A DNA stretch of 64,000 nucleotides, taken from contig OZ024763.1 in assembly GCA_964016885.1 (NCBI GenBank), positions 3,968,001 through 4,032,000 of the forward strand, written 5' to 3'. The DNA is from Eledone cirrhosa (taxonomy: Eukaryota). Of the stretch, positions 28,974-38,669 are shown in pieces. A program made the translations under genes and the position numbers. The notes under the pieces are model-generated. The model worked only from the letters and a program-made list of their open reading frames with translations, did no database searches and was not told where the DNA came from. Numbering within the stretch: position 1 is the first letter of the stretch; each line of letters starts with the position of its first letter.

Positions 28974-30305
28974 ATGTATTTTGTGAGGAAACTATTCAGA
29001 CGTAGTTTTTGTGGTAGCTTGGCGGTAGTTTTATTGGTCTGCTGTGTGGTCTACGCCTTGCTTGGTTCCCATCTCAGAATAATAACCGTTTCAAACTTTC
29101 AGTTCATCAAGAACACCCCAGCAGAAAACTTGCCAGTCCAAGCAGCTATTCGAAAGACGAGCTCCAAAAATGGCAGTGTTGTTTTACAACTGCTCGTTAC
29201 CCACAGAGTCCCCGCGGCAGCCCCTAACTTGGAAACGAACAACTCCGAATCACATTCCAAACCGATGATAAAACTCGACAAAGTAAAAGTAAACAATATT
29301 AGACTTATTGAAAAACTCATTTCTAGAATTACACAATCAAATCTGAAAGGTGATCGCTTAAATAAAAGCAAACCTTTAAAAGAAGAGGCCTTGAAAAAAA
29401 CAAAAGACAATTTACCAAAACGTTTTCATATACCTAATGTGCCCTCCATGTCTGTTGATGACACGGTTCCATATATACCAAAACCTGTGATAAATTATTT
29501 CTTAAAGTTACCACAACGGGAGTACAACGAAGAAGTCCTTATTTTAACTCCAATTCACAATGTTGCGGATCGTTTGAATCATTACGCCGATATGTTGAAG
29601 AATTTGACCTATCCCCACCATCTGATATCTGTAGCACTCGGCGAGGATTGCAGCACCGACGAAACACTTATAGTAGCCAAAGGCGTCGTTGAAGAACTGT
29701 CCGACATTTTCAAATCTACCAGACTGTTTCACTTCAACTTGACTGGTCAGATAACCGGACGCTGGAGCGTCGTACACGACCACGCGATGCAGTGGACGCG
29801 ACGCAGCCATCTTGCCAAGTCACGCAATCTCCTATTGCGGAGCAGTTTGAAAGACGAGACATGGGTCCTGTGGATTGATAGCGATGTGTCCCGCATCCCC
29901 GGTGATTTGGTTCAGCAGCTCATCTCAGCTGATAAGGATGTTGTCGTTCCTTCTTGTCTCTTTAACGATGGAGTCAACACAAGAGTTTATGACAAAAACA
30001 CCTGGCGGGAGACAAAACAATCGTGGGATATGCAAAAGCATTTACAGCCAAACCAATTGGTATTGGAGGGTTACGGCCCTTCGAATCGACTGTATTTGCC
30101 ACATCTGCGTGCAGAGGGTCGTCTGGTACCGATAGATGGCGTTGGTGGTTGCAGTCTTCTAGTCCGAGGAAATTGTCACAGAAAGGGTTTGGTGTTCCCA
30201 GAGGAGGTATACCAACACCATATAGAAACAGAAGGTTTATCAAAGATGGCAAAAACTATGCAATTTTCTGTGTATGGAATGCCTTTTGTTGAAGTTTTCC
30301 ATTAA
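28974..30305 (+). CDS. Anp1/Mnn9/Van1-family (GT62-like, GT-A fold) Golgi-type glycosyltransferase, single coding exon, 443 aa
   Basis: Non-repetitive 443-codon ORF. It has an N-terminal signal-anchor (SLAVVLLVCCVVYALLG), a K/N-rich stem, VLILTP..., LTYPHHLISVALGEDCSTD, RRSHLAKSRNLLL, the DxD motif WVLWIDSDV, YDKNTW, IDGVGGCSLLV and the family-typical C-terminal HHIETEGLSKMAK...VYGMP. A polypyrimidine acceptor (...ctttacag) ends at 28841 upstream of the ATG, and AATAAA motifs follow from about 30751. Confidence 0.88.
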   Translation: MYFVRKLFRRSFCGSLAVVLLVCCVVYALLGSHLRIITVSNFQFIKNTPAENLPVQAAIRKTSSKNGSVVLQLLVTHRVPAAAPNLETNNSESHSKPMIKLDKVKVNNIRLIEKLISRITQSNLKGDRLNKSKPLKEEALKKTKDNLPKRFHIPNVPSMSVDDTVPYIPKPVINYFLKLPQREYNEEVLILTPIHNVADRLNHYADMLKNLTYPHHLISVALGEDCSTDETLIVAKGVVEELSDIFKSTRLFHFNLTGQITGRWSVVHDHAMQWTRRSHLAKSRNLLLRSSLKDETWVLWIDSDVSRIPGDLVQQLISADKDVVVPSCLFNDGVNTRVYDKNTWRETKQSWDMQKHLQPNQLVLEGYGPSNRLYLPHLRAEGRLVPIDGVGGCSLLVRGNCHRKGLVFPEEVYQHHIETEGLSKMAKTMQFSVYGMPFVEVFH

Positions 30306-30579
30306 AAACAAAGCAATATATATATATACATATATAGTGAAGGCGCATAGCTGAGTGGTTAGAAAATTGGATTTGCAATCGTGAAGTTGTCATTTTGATT
30401 CCCAGACCAGGCGATGCGTTATGTCCTTGAGCAAGACACTTTATTTTACGTTGCTCCTTCTGACAGATAGTATTACCAAATTGGAAAGACCAATGGAAAC
30501 ATTGTTTCCTCGGTCCGATTTGACGGCCCCCCCCCCCCCCCCATTCGTTAATCGAATGAGGTCTGGGATCTTGTTGATC

Positions 30580-30634
<55 letters not shown>

Positions 30635-31013
30635 CACCCGTCTAACCCATGCTAGCGTGGAAAAAGGACGTTAAACGATGAGATATATATATATACATAT
30701 ATATTCATATATATATATATATACACACACACATGGATGCATATGTATAAAATAAAAGTTTAGCACAAATATCTGATAAGGAAATAAAATAAATTTTTAA
30801 AATGTTATCCAAAAACTAAAATAATAAATAAATAAAATAAAGAGAGAAGAATAAAAATGAAAATTTTATTTTCAATGTAAATTAAATCGATATTTCAGAT
30901 TTAAAACGTTGTATCAACGGTTTCTTGTTTGAATAAATATGTTTTGATAAAACCTTGTCTGCAATACATAAATATATATATATACATTTTATATATATAA
31001 ATATAATATATAT

Positions 31014-31064
<51 letters not shown>

Positions 31065-31245
31065 TTTATTAAAATAACAGATTAAAGTTTAAAAGATCCC
31101 GTTAAGGGTGAAAGCAGCGATTCTTTGCTTCAACTTTCATCTGTTATTTTAATAAATATTTGCTCTACGGTTCTTATATATTTGATATATATTTATCCTT
31201 ATCGAGCCCTCTTTGGATTTTAGTCTTCAAATTTATTATTATTAC

Positions 31246-31278
<33 letters not shown>

Positions 31279-31283
<5 letters not shown>

Positions 31284-31832
31284 ATAAATGCTCTGAAATA
31301 GCGATATATATGTGAAGATAGACATAGAATATTCGAAAATATTCTGTATGTTTATAATAAACATTTTGAAGACCTAATCGCTATAGAATAGAATACGTCA
31401 CGTATTACAATTAGATTCTCGATAAAAGCAAGGTGACGTATTCTATTCTATTCTATAGCGATTAGGTCTTCAAAATGTTTATTATAAACATACAGAATAT
31501 TTTCGAATATTCTATGTCTATCTTCACATATATATCGCTATTTCAGAGCATTTATTCCAATTTCTAATTTCTGCCGGACCGGCAACCGCTCTTTCAAACC
31601 AGTTCCTGTACACAGCTAAGTATTCTATAAGTCTCTAGCTGTGCCATTCTCGATAAAAGCACTGGATATGTAATCCTGAAGATTTCTAATAAGAATGAAA
31701 CGCGTAGGTTACTTCCCTTGCTTTTATCGAGAATCTAATTGTAATACGTGACGTATTCTATTCTATAGCGATTAGGTCTTCAAAATGTTTATTATAAACA
31801 TACAGAATATTTTCGAATATTCTATGTCTATC

Positions 31833-31837
<5 letters not shown>
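31279..31837 (+). mobile_element. Retrozyme-like 310-nt hammerhead unit with direct repeat and 5' inverted copy
   Basis: Sequence at about 31440-31527 recurs exactly 310 nt later; hammerhead at 31670; 31279-31433 is an inverted copy; (TA)n flanks. Confidence 0.7.
31670..31712 (+). ncRNA. Type I minimal hammerhead ribozyme
   Basis: GTAATC-CTGAAGA-T-TTCT(AATA)AGAA-T-GAAA-CGCG-TA-GGTTAC with palindromic stem III (ACGCGT). The outer helix TTCTCGATAAAAGCA/TGCTTTTATCGAGAA extends stem I. Confidence 0.82.
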
Positions 31838-31865
<28 letters not shown>

Positions 31866-32709
31866 CATATATATAATATAAAACATATATATATATGAGA
31901 GTATTGAAGTTTGCTTGAAGCATTGGGGAATAATAATTTTTTTTTTTTTTTTGTCGCTTTGGAAGCCTCAACAATGCAGATGGATAAATCTCCGGGTAAC
32001 AGAATCCGGTGGTGAAGAGAGAGATGTAAGAGGAAATGTAGAATGAGACGTATAGTGTGTTGAGGAACGTAGGAAATAGCGTAAAAATAAAAATAATAAC
32101 ACGAGATAGAGTTACCTTGGGAGAGATTTAATTGTCCCTATATTTCGGATTCGCATCCATTAACTAGGGGGGGGGGTTTATCTGTCGGAGAGGAACGGTA
32201 CGTGGCCTCTGTTGTCCGCTGTTTGTGTCTGTTACAGCACATTGTACCCAGTCACCCCTGTAAGGTGGTACTACTACCACCACAATGTACCCAGTCACCT
32301 CTGTGTGGTACTACTACTACTACTACCACCTCATTGTACCGAGGTGGTATAGCCAGAATCACGATAAAATACTCCCAGTACACTCTGTAAAGTAGTTGGC
32401 GCTATGAAGGGGATCCAGCAGTAGAAACCATGCTAAATATGAGGTTGCAATATATTTTTTTAAATCAATATATGAAAAAAATAGATGAATATAATGAATA
32501 AATAAGTAATTTTTATTTAATTATTTATTCATTATTTTTTTATACATTTATTTTTTTTGTGTATCGATTTTATTAATGTTGATCTATTGATTTATTTGTT
32601 TTAATAATTAGCTTATATTTATACATACATTAATTTATACACTTACATATACGACGAATTTATGCATATTTTTTATATTGAGGGAACCGAGACTGCATGA
32701 ATGTATATA

Positions 32710-32896
32710 CAGGTAAAATTCCGTTGTAACGAATACCATTATAATGAATTTTTCAGTATAACGAAATTTGTTTAATCCCTGATGTAATAACAAACAAACG
32801 CTCGATTTTTTTCGATCGATCTTGTTATAAAGAATTTTTCGTTACAACGAATTTTTTTTATAGCCCGTGAATTTCGTTTTAACGGAATTGCACTGT
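32710..32896. mobile_element. Tc1/pogo-type MITE; second copy inverted at about 57123-57298
   Basis: TA-flanked CAGG.AAAATTCCGTT...AACGGAATTGCACTG termini with internal CGTTAYAACGAA repeats. Confidence 0.7.
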
Positions 32897-33822
32897 ATAA
32901 ATTTAGGTTTTAAGCAAATATGGCCTTCAAGACCTTCGTAAGTCACTCATTTTCTGTGGTTGCTCCAGCTGGGAACTCCAACAGAAATGTCCCAAAGACG
33001 TGTGTAAATAATATTTACTTCAGTAGAAATTGAAACAATGAGAAACTCTGGTTGAAGTAGAGGGTAAATAATTGTTTCTACTGTTGGCACAAGGCCAGCA
33101 AATTACCCCAGTACATTACTGGTACTTTATTTTATCGACCCCGGAAGGATGAAAGGCAAAGTTAACCTCGGCGGGATTTGAACTCAGACCGTAAAGAGTC
33201 GTAATTCTATGCCGCAAAGCATGGTGTCCGACGCTCTACCGGTACTGTCAATCCGTTCGTCTCTATTGCAAATAATAAAAGTTAGTTTTTACTATTATAT
33301 TCGCCTCACATTGGAAGCGAAATTTGCGTTTTTTTCTATGGTTTTTTGGTATGTTTTGAATGAACATGGCCTTTAAAACCATTGGAAATTATGCGTTTTT
33401 ATTTAACTGTGGGCCAGGTAGAGTGTACCTTCAGAGTTCTCGAGTTAATTATAAACAAAACAAAACAAATAAGTTTCCGGTTGTTTTGAAGACTATATTC
33501 GTTCAAGGGAGAAACATAAATTTTATCTCGATACCGAGACGTGTGTCAGTAACAATTTACGATAATAAATAATGATTTAAGAAATACTAAACAACATTAA
33601 CAACCTTTTTACGTCTTCGAAGTTTGGTGCTGCTCTCACAGTGCTGGTCCTGAGACAACAACATCTAATTGAAAGGGGGAAATAACTCTCCAATAGTCAT
33701 AAGAGGCATTTAATGCACAGATAGAGAGTGAGAGAGTGACAGTAGGAGAATTAAATGGAAGTCTATCGTAAATGCTCATACATATACATAGACATACATA
33801 CATAAGATGGTATTTGTAATAC

Positions 33823-33965
33823 GGCGCCTGGCTTAGCGGCTAGAGTATTGGGTTCACAGTCATGAATTTGTGAGTTCGATTCCCGGACCAGACAACGTTA
33901 TTGTGTCCTTGGGCAAGACATTTTAATTCACATTGCTCCAGTTCACTCAGCTAGAGAAAAATGAG
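33823..33965 (+). mobile_element. tRNA-derived SINE family 2; copies at about 30341-30520, 40690-40790 and 51088-51230
   Basis: TGGCTTAGCGG A-box, GTTCGATTCCC B-box, body GTGTCCTTG.GCAAGACA. Confidence 0.8.
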
Positions 33966-34004
33966 TTTCCCTTGGGCAACATTATAGATAGGTTACTAGC
34001 AAAG

Positions 34005-35410
34005 GAGGAGTGTGGCCAGCACTGTAACGGCATGACAGTGGGTGGAGAATGAAAGGGTCCACAATGGTACCGCAATGGCATTTGTGAGGCTCACAGACCC
34101 GGAGGCCGAACGTCTGGGAAACACCAATGTGCAAGCAGTCGCTGTTCTGTTGACAAGCCCGTTGCAAATGAGGGAACTGCGTTTGGCCAGGCACCACTGT
34201 GTGGTTGGGAGGCCGAGCGGAAACATGTCAGACGATGCTTGTGGAGCCGGCGTACCAGCTCGTCTGAAATCATGATGCAAAGATGGCGCCCCATTTCTTT
34301 TGGGGAGACTAGACGTCTATGAAGGGGTGAGGGGAAAGACGCTGACAGGGTGGAGGCCGAGCTGGTTCCATATCGCGTAGGCCACCTCGCGTTCATCGAT
34401 CACAGAAGGTTCAGTTGTGTTGTAGAGAATCCTGCTGGTGAGGGTATGGCAAGAAGTTACCGACGAAAGGAAAGCAAGCAGGGCCAGTGGGACAGGAAAC
34501 CGAAGACCGAGACCGCTAATTTTCTACGGGTAACGTGGAGTGTTGACATCTGGTGTCGTCAAACAGGACGTTGCATATCTCCTTAGCGGCCCATCTAATG
34601 CAGATGTCGTGATCAGTGAGAAGAGATGTCTGGCTGTAACAGGAGGGACTGAGGAAGGTATATAAGAGTTTCGACATGGCGAAGCAGTCCTTCAACAGAA
34701 AGAGTGCAGGGAGGGTGTCAATCAGGCTCGGCCTACTCCTCATGGATTCTAGTTGCCGTAGTCTGAACCTGGGGGGGTAGAATAGCAGGCGGGAGGATTG
34801 GTGGCCTGAGGATAAGGACCTGTTCCTTGGAGTCACCTGCACCAGGTGAAGTGATGATCGCAAGTTCGAGGAGGCCGCGTCGTAATTGACGTTCACGACC
34901 TCCGACTTGGACGAGTTGACCTCAGGGCCGATCAGGAACGACTGATTGGAGATCCTGACAGACACTCTCTGCAAGCCCTCCTATTGTGGCATCGTCCAGA
35001 CGTTGAGAGGAGCGGTGATGCTTCGTGCAACGCTGGTCACCCCGAGAGCAAAGGGGGGGGGTCCAATGGTCACCCCGAGAGCAAAGAGGAGGGGGTCCAA
35101 TGATCACCCCTGTTGGACACCGGTTGAGAATGATTAACTTGTTAGCGGTGAGGAGCAAGCTCGAGAACCTATAGGACGGGTAGGCAAGCAGGTAAGCGGA
35201 CAGGACACGCTTGAGGCAAGCCTTGGGCATGCAGTCGCCTGCAGACAGTTGGGGGCGTTTCTCATGTCAAGCTTGATGATGAGACGCCTAGGATCACTCG
35301 GCACCGACTCAAGGGAACAGTTTTTAATGAACTGTTTAGCAGCGTTGGTGGCTCCCTCACAGCCAGTGCTGGCCACACCGACCCCCGGCTACACTGGGCT
35401 GAGTTCTTCG
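34005..35410 (-). mobile_element. Decayed CRE-clade non-LTR retrotransposon (RT through zinc knuckle)
   Basis: GCEGATNAAKQFI, IIKLDMRNA, GD.L.PPLFALG (locally duplicated near 35035-35107), LDDATIGG, EVNSSKSEVV, STLPVE..GLG, GAWPNAVP, CHCGTIVDPFILHPLSCRYSAG; many frameshifts. Confidence 0.75.
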
Positions 35411-36573
35411 CCTAACTTAGGTGCAACAGACTATCTGGCTATCTCAAAGCAAGAATAATAAGCATATATTGTTTCAGTAATATATGGTTAAAAAAAAGTA
35501 AAAGGGGAGATTACTGCTGCTAACTGACAAGGGAGGCTACTCTAATTCGTGGATTGATGGAAGTCGATTGCTTTCAATAATTGTTTCTACTTTAGGCACA
35601 AGGCCAGCAATTACCCAGTGCATTACTGGTACTTTATTTTATCGACCCCGTAAGGATGAAAGGCAAAGTCAACCTCGGCGGGATTTGAACTCAGATCGTA
35701 AAGGGACGTAACTATGCTGGAAAGCATGGCGTCCGACCCTCTACCGATACTGCCAATCCACCCGGTTGTTCGATCAACGGAACAACCTGCTAAGGAAATT
35801 AACGAGCATTCCACAGACACGTGTACCCTTAATGTAATTCTCGGGAGATTCAGCGTAACACAGTGTGTGACGAGACCAAGCCCTTCAATTACATGTACAA
35901 TCCAACTTATATAGTAGTGTACAACGTTCTATTGAAAAACACTATAGTGTGTGTGTGTGTGTGGTGTATGGTGTGTGGTGTATGGTGTGTGGTGTGTGGT
36001 GTGTGGTGTGTGTGTGTGTGTGTGGTGTGTGGTGTGTGGTGTGTGGTGTGTGGTGTGTGTGTGTGTGTGTGTGAAAACAAACTTCAATTTATTCAGTCGA
36101 GTGGCAAGTATGACTAATGTAGAATATGTGTGGGAAATAATGTTCATGTGATGCAAACAATAGATTTCAGTTACTCACGTTGAAGAAGTAAAAAGTCCTT
36201 GCTTCGTATAAAAGATTTATTGTTTCTACTTTTGGCACAAGGCCAGCAATTATATCAGTGTATTACTGGTACTTTATTTTGTCGGCCCCATAAGGATGAC
36301 ATGTAAAGTTAACCTCGGCGGGATTTGAATTCGGAACATAAAGGGACGTAACTCTCTGCTGCGAAGCAGGGTGTCCAATGCTCTACCGATTCTGCAAGTC
36401 CACCGTATATAAGAATAATTGTTTAATGTCCTGAGTTGCTGTTGGCGATAGGAGAATGAGCGCTGGACAGGTCTTGGCAGGCTGAAAATACTAGCAGCAA
36501 CTAAACTGTTCGGTTTAAGTATTCACGCTCGTCACACACAAGTGACGTCGCCGAGCCTTTGCGTATGTATTTC

Positions 36574-36637
<64 letters not shown>

Positions 36638-36641
<4 letters not shown>

Positions 36642-36922
36642 TGTTATACTTAGGGAGGGTCATATTTGTGTAATATTGCCAGAATTAATAACAGAACACA
36701 CTCACTGTTTGGTTGGTTTTCGCTTTTCGCTTCTGTGTCTTTTATATCGGTAATCTAATCCGATATAAAAGACACAGAAGCGAAAAGCGAAAACCAACCA
36801 AACAGTGAGTGTGTTCTGTTATTAATTCTGGCAATATTACACAAATATGACCCTCCCCCAAGTATAACAATATTTGTTTCGACACACGATTTCATATAAA
36901 AAACCTCGCAAAACTAATTCAT
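36638..36922. mobile_element. Fold-back element (related to the hammerhead element at 6573-6840)
   Basis: About 110-bp near-perfect inverted arms around a 9-nt spacer (36751-36759); shares the terminus TTGTTATACTT.GGGAGGGTCAT with 6575. Confidence 0.6.
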
Positions 36923-36926
36923 CGCC

Positions 36927-37108
36927 GGTGGATTGGCAGTATCGGTAGAGGGTCGGACGCCATGCTTTCCAGCATAGTTACGTCCCTTTACGATCTGAGT
37001 TCAAATCCCGCCGAGGTTGACTTTGCCTTTCATCCTTACGGGGTCGATAAAATAAAGTACCAGTAATGCACTGGGTAATTGCTGGCCTTGTGCCTAAAGT
37101 AGAAACAG
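36927..37108 (+). mobile_element. tRNA-derived SINE family 1; other full or partial copies at about 317-392, 2042-2108, 11474-11586, 17105-17490, 33069-33255, 35579-35762, 36219-36405, 45565-45750, 62030-62293 and 63200-63375
   Basis: A-box TGGCAGTATCGG, B-box GAGTTCAAATCC, conserved body GCCTTTCATCCTTACGGGGTCGATAAAATAAAGTACCAG; more than 10 copies in the window. Confidence 0.88.
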
Positions 37109-37140
<32 letters not shown>

Positions 37141-38353
37141 CGGCGATGATGTTCGTAGAATAATCGGAAAAACTCAACGCAAAGAAGCTGCTAAAAGCAG
37201 CAAAGTGCAGTCAATGACGGCGTCGGGCAAAATTTACCTCAAAGGACAGAAATCAGCGGCTAAAAGTGTGTTGGTTCGCAGAAGTGATTTGAAGAAAAAT
37301 GGACGAGAGATCACACAAACATTCAAATACTCTCAGCAGCTTTTAATACCACGCAAAATAGACGGCTTGTCCAACGGAGAAATAAATATCTCTGTTGGTA
37401 TGATTTTTGTATGATTACTTCGAATCATAAATATAAAATTTGATAGTAGTGTTCACAAATGAATATAGTTTTCCAAAATGCTGTTATGCGGAAGTCTCTT
37501 TTTTTACTATGGGATGTTCTCCTTAAAAGTGACAAGTTGTAATCAGACAGTATGTACAAGTAGAGGTAGTAGTAAACTCTATTGTGGCGAGGTTGTGTTG
37601 TACAAGCGCAGAGACAGGGAACTCTGTTGTTTAGGAGAAGGGGCAGATGTATGAGAGTTGCTGAAGGGCCAATGGAAGAATTGCTGTCAGGTCCTTGTCA
37701 AGTGGACCTAAATGTTTGGCTAAGTGTTACATCTCTCTACTTGCTAGAGCAACTCCGTGTGGGGCAAGAGCAGAATGTGTGTAGAAGCTAGTTAATCTCT
37801 GAAAAACTGCAAATGACTCCCTTCTCCGGACGGGGAGACAAGAGATTTTGGAACAAAAGAACATAAGTAACGTGTTGCCCAGAGGTCAGCATATGCGGTC
37901 ACACTGACCTATTTTGCTAACAACAGAACAAGAGTTTTAATTACTGCTTTATATATGTATGTATGTATGTATCGATTGATTAATTTACAGAAGCAATCTT
38001 CGGGGCGTTATCGAATCGAATCGATTCGATTCGATTACGCAACATTCGTTCGTTTCTTTTCTTTCTTCCTCCGTACTTTCCAAACAAAACAACAAGAGAG
38101 AAAGAGAGAAAGAAAGAAAGAAAGAAAGACTCGGAAGGAGGAGAGAGAGAGAGATAGAGAGGGGGAGAGAGGGAGAGAGAGGGAGAGAGAGAGAGAGAGG
38201 ACGAGAGAGAGAGAGAGGACGAGAGAGAGAGAGAGGACGAGAGAGAGAGAGAGGACGAGAGAGAGAGAAGAGGTGAGTGAGAAACAGATATAAGCAGAGA
38301 TAGAAAGAAAGAAACAGAATCAAATAGATAAAGAGAGAGACAAAGGTGTGTGT

Positions 38354-38402
<49 letters not shown>

Positions 38403-38595
38403 GCCTGGTGAGGTAGTAGAGGTGTCGTGGTGACATTGTTGTTTGTGCACGTTAAAAAAGTTGTCTAGTCAAGACGAGAACACACCTGCATTAGTGCGTG
38501 TGTATGTGTGTTTTCAACTTTGGAGTGCAGAGAACCAGAAGAAATTGTCTCTGCCAGGTCTATCTAAGTATACTTGTATAGTTGTTGTTTAAACG

Positions 38596-38669
38596 ATGGA
38601 TGTGTTCGGTTTGTTTACTGTACCAAACTACTTGCTGATTATTCTTATATTTCTACTGTCTGTTTACCT
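38596..38669 (+). CDS. CYP exon 1 ([25 protein letters not shown])
   Basis: ATG at 38596, hydrophobic anchor, donor gtgagt at 38670, 74 nt, phase 2. Confidence 0.85.

Noticed and set aside
29099-30292. Antisense and alternate-frame ORFs overlapping the glycosyltransferase
   Set aside because: Short shadow ORFs of the real CDS.
33823-33890. tRNA gene-like A/B boxes (also at 30341, 36927 and 51088)
   Set aside because: No complete cloverleaf; each continues into a repeated SINE body.
37141-37414. 69-aa ORF in non-repetitive CpG-containing sequence
   Set aside because: No recognisable domain, GTG start and no supporting neighbouring exons; it could be UTR or promoter sequence.
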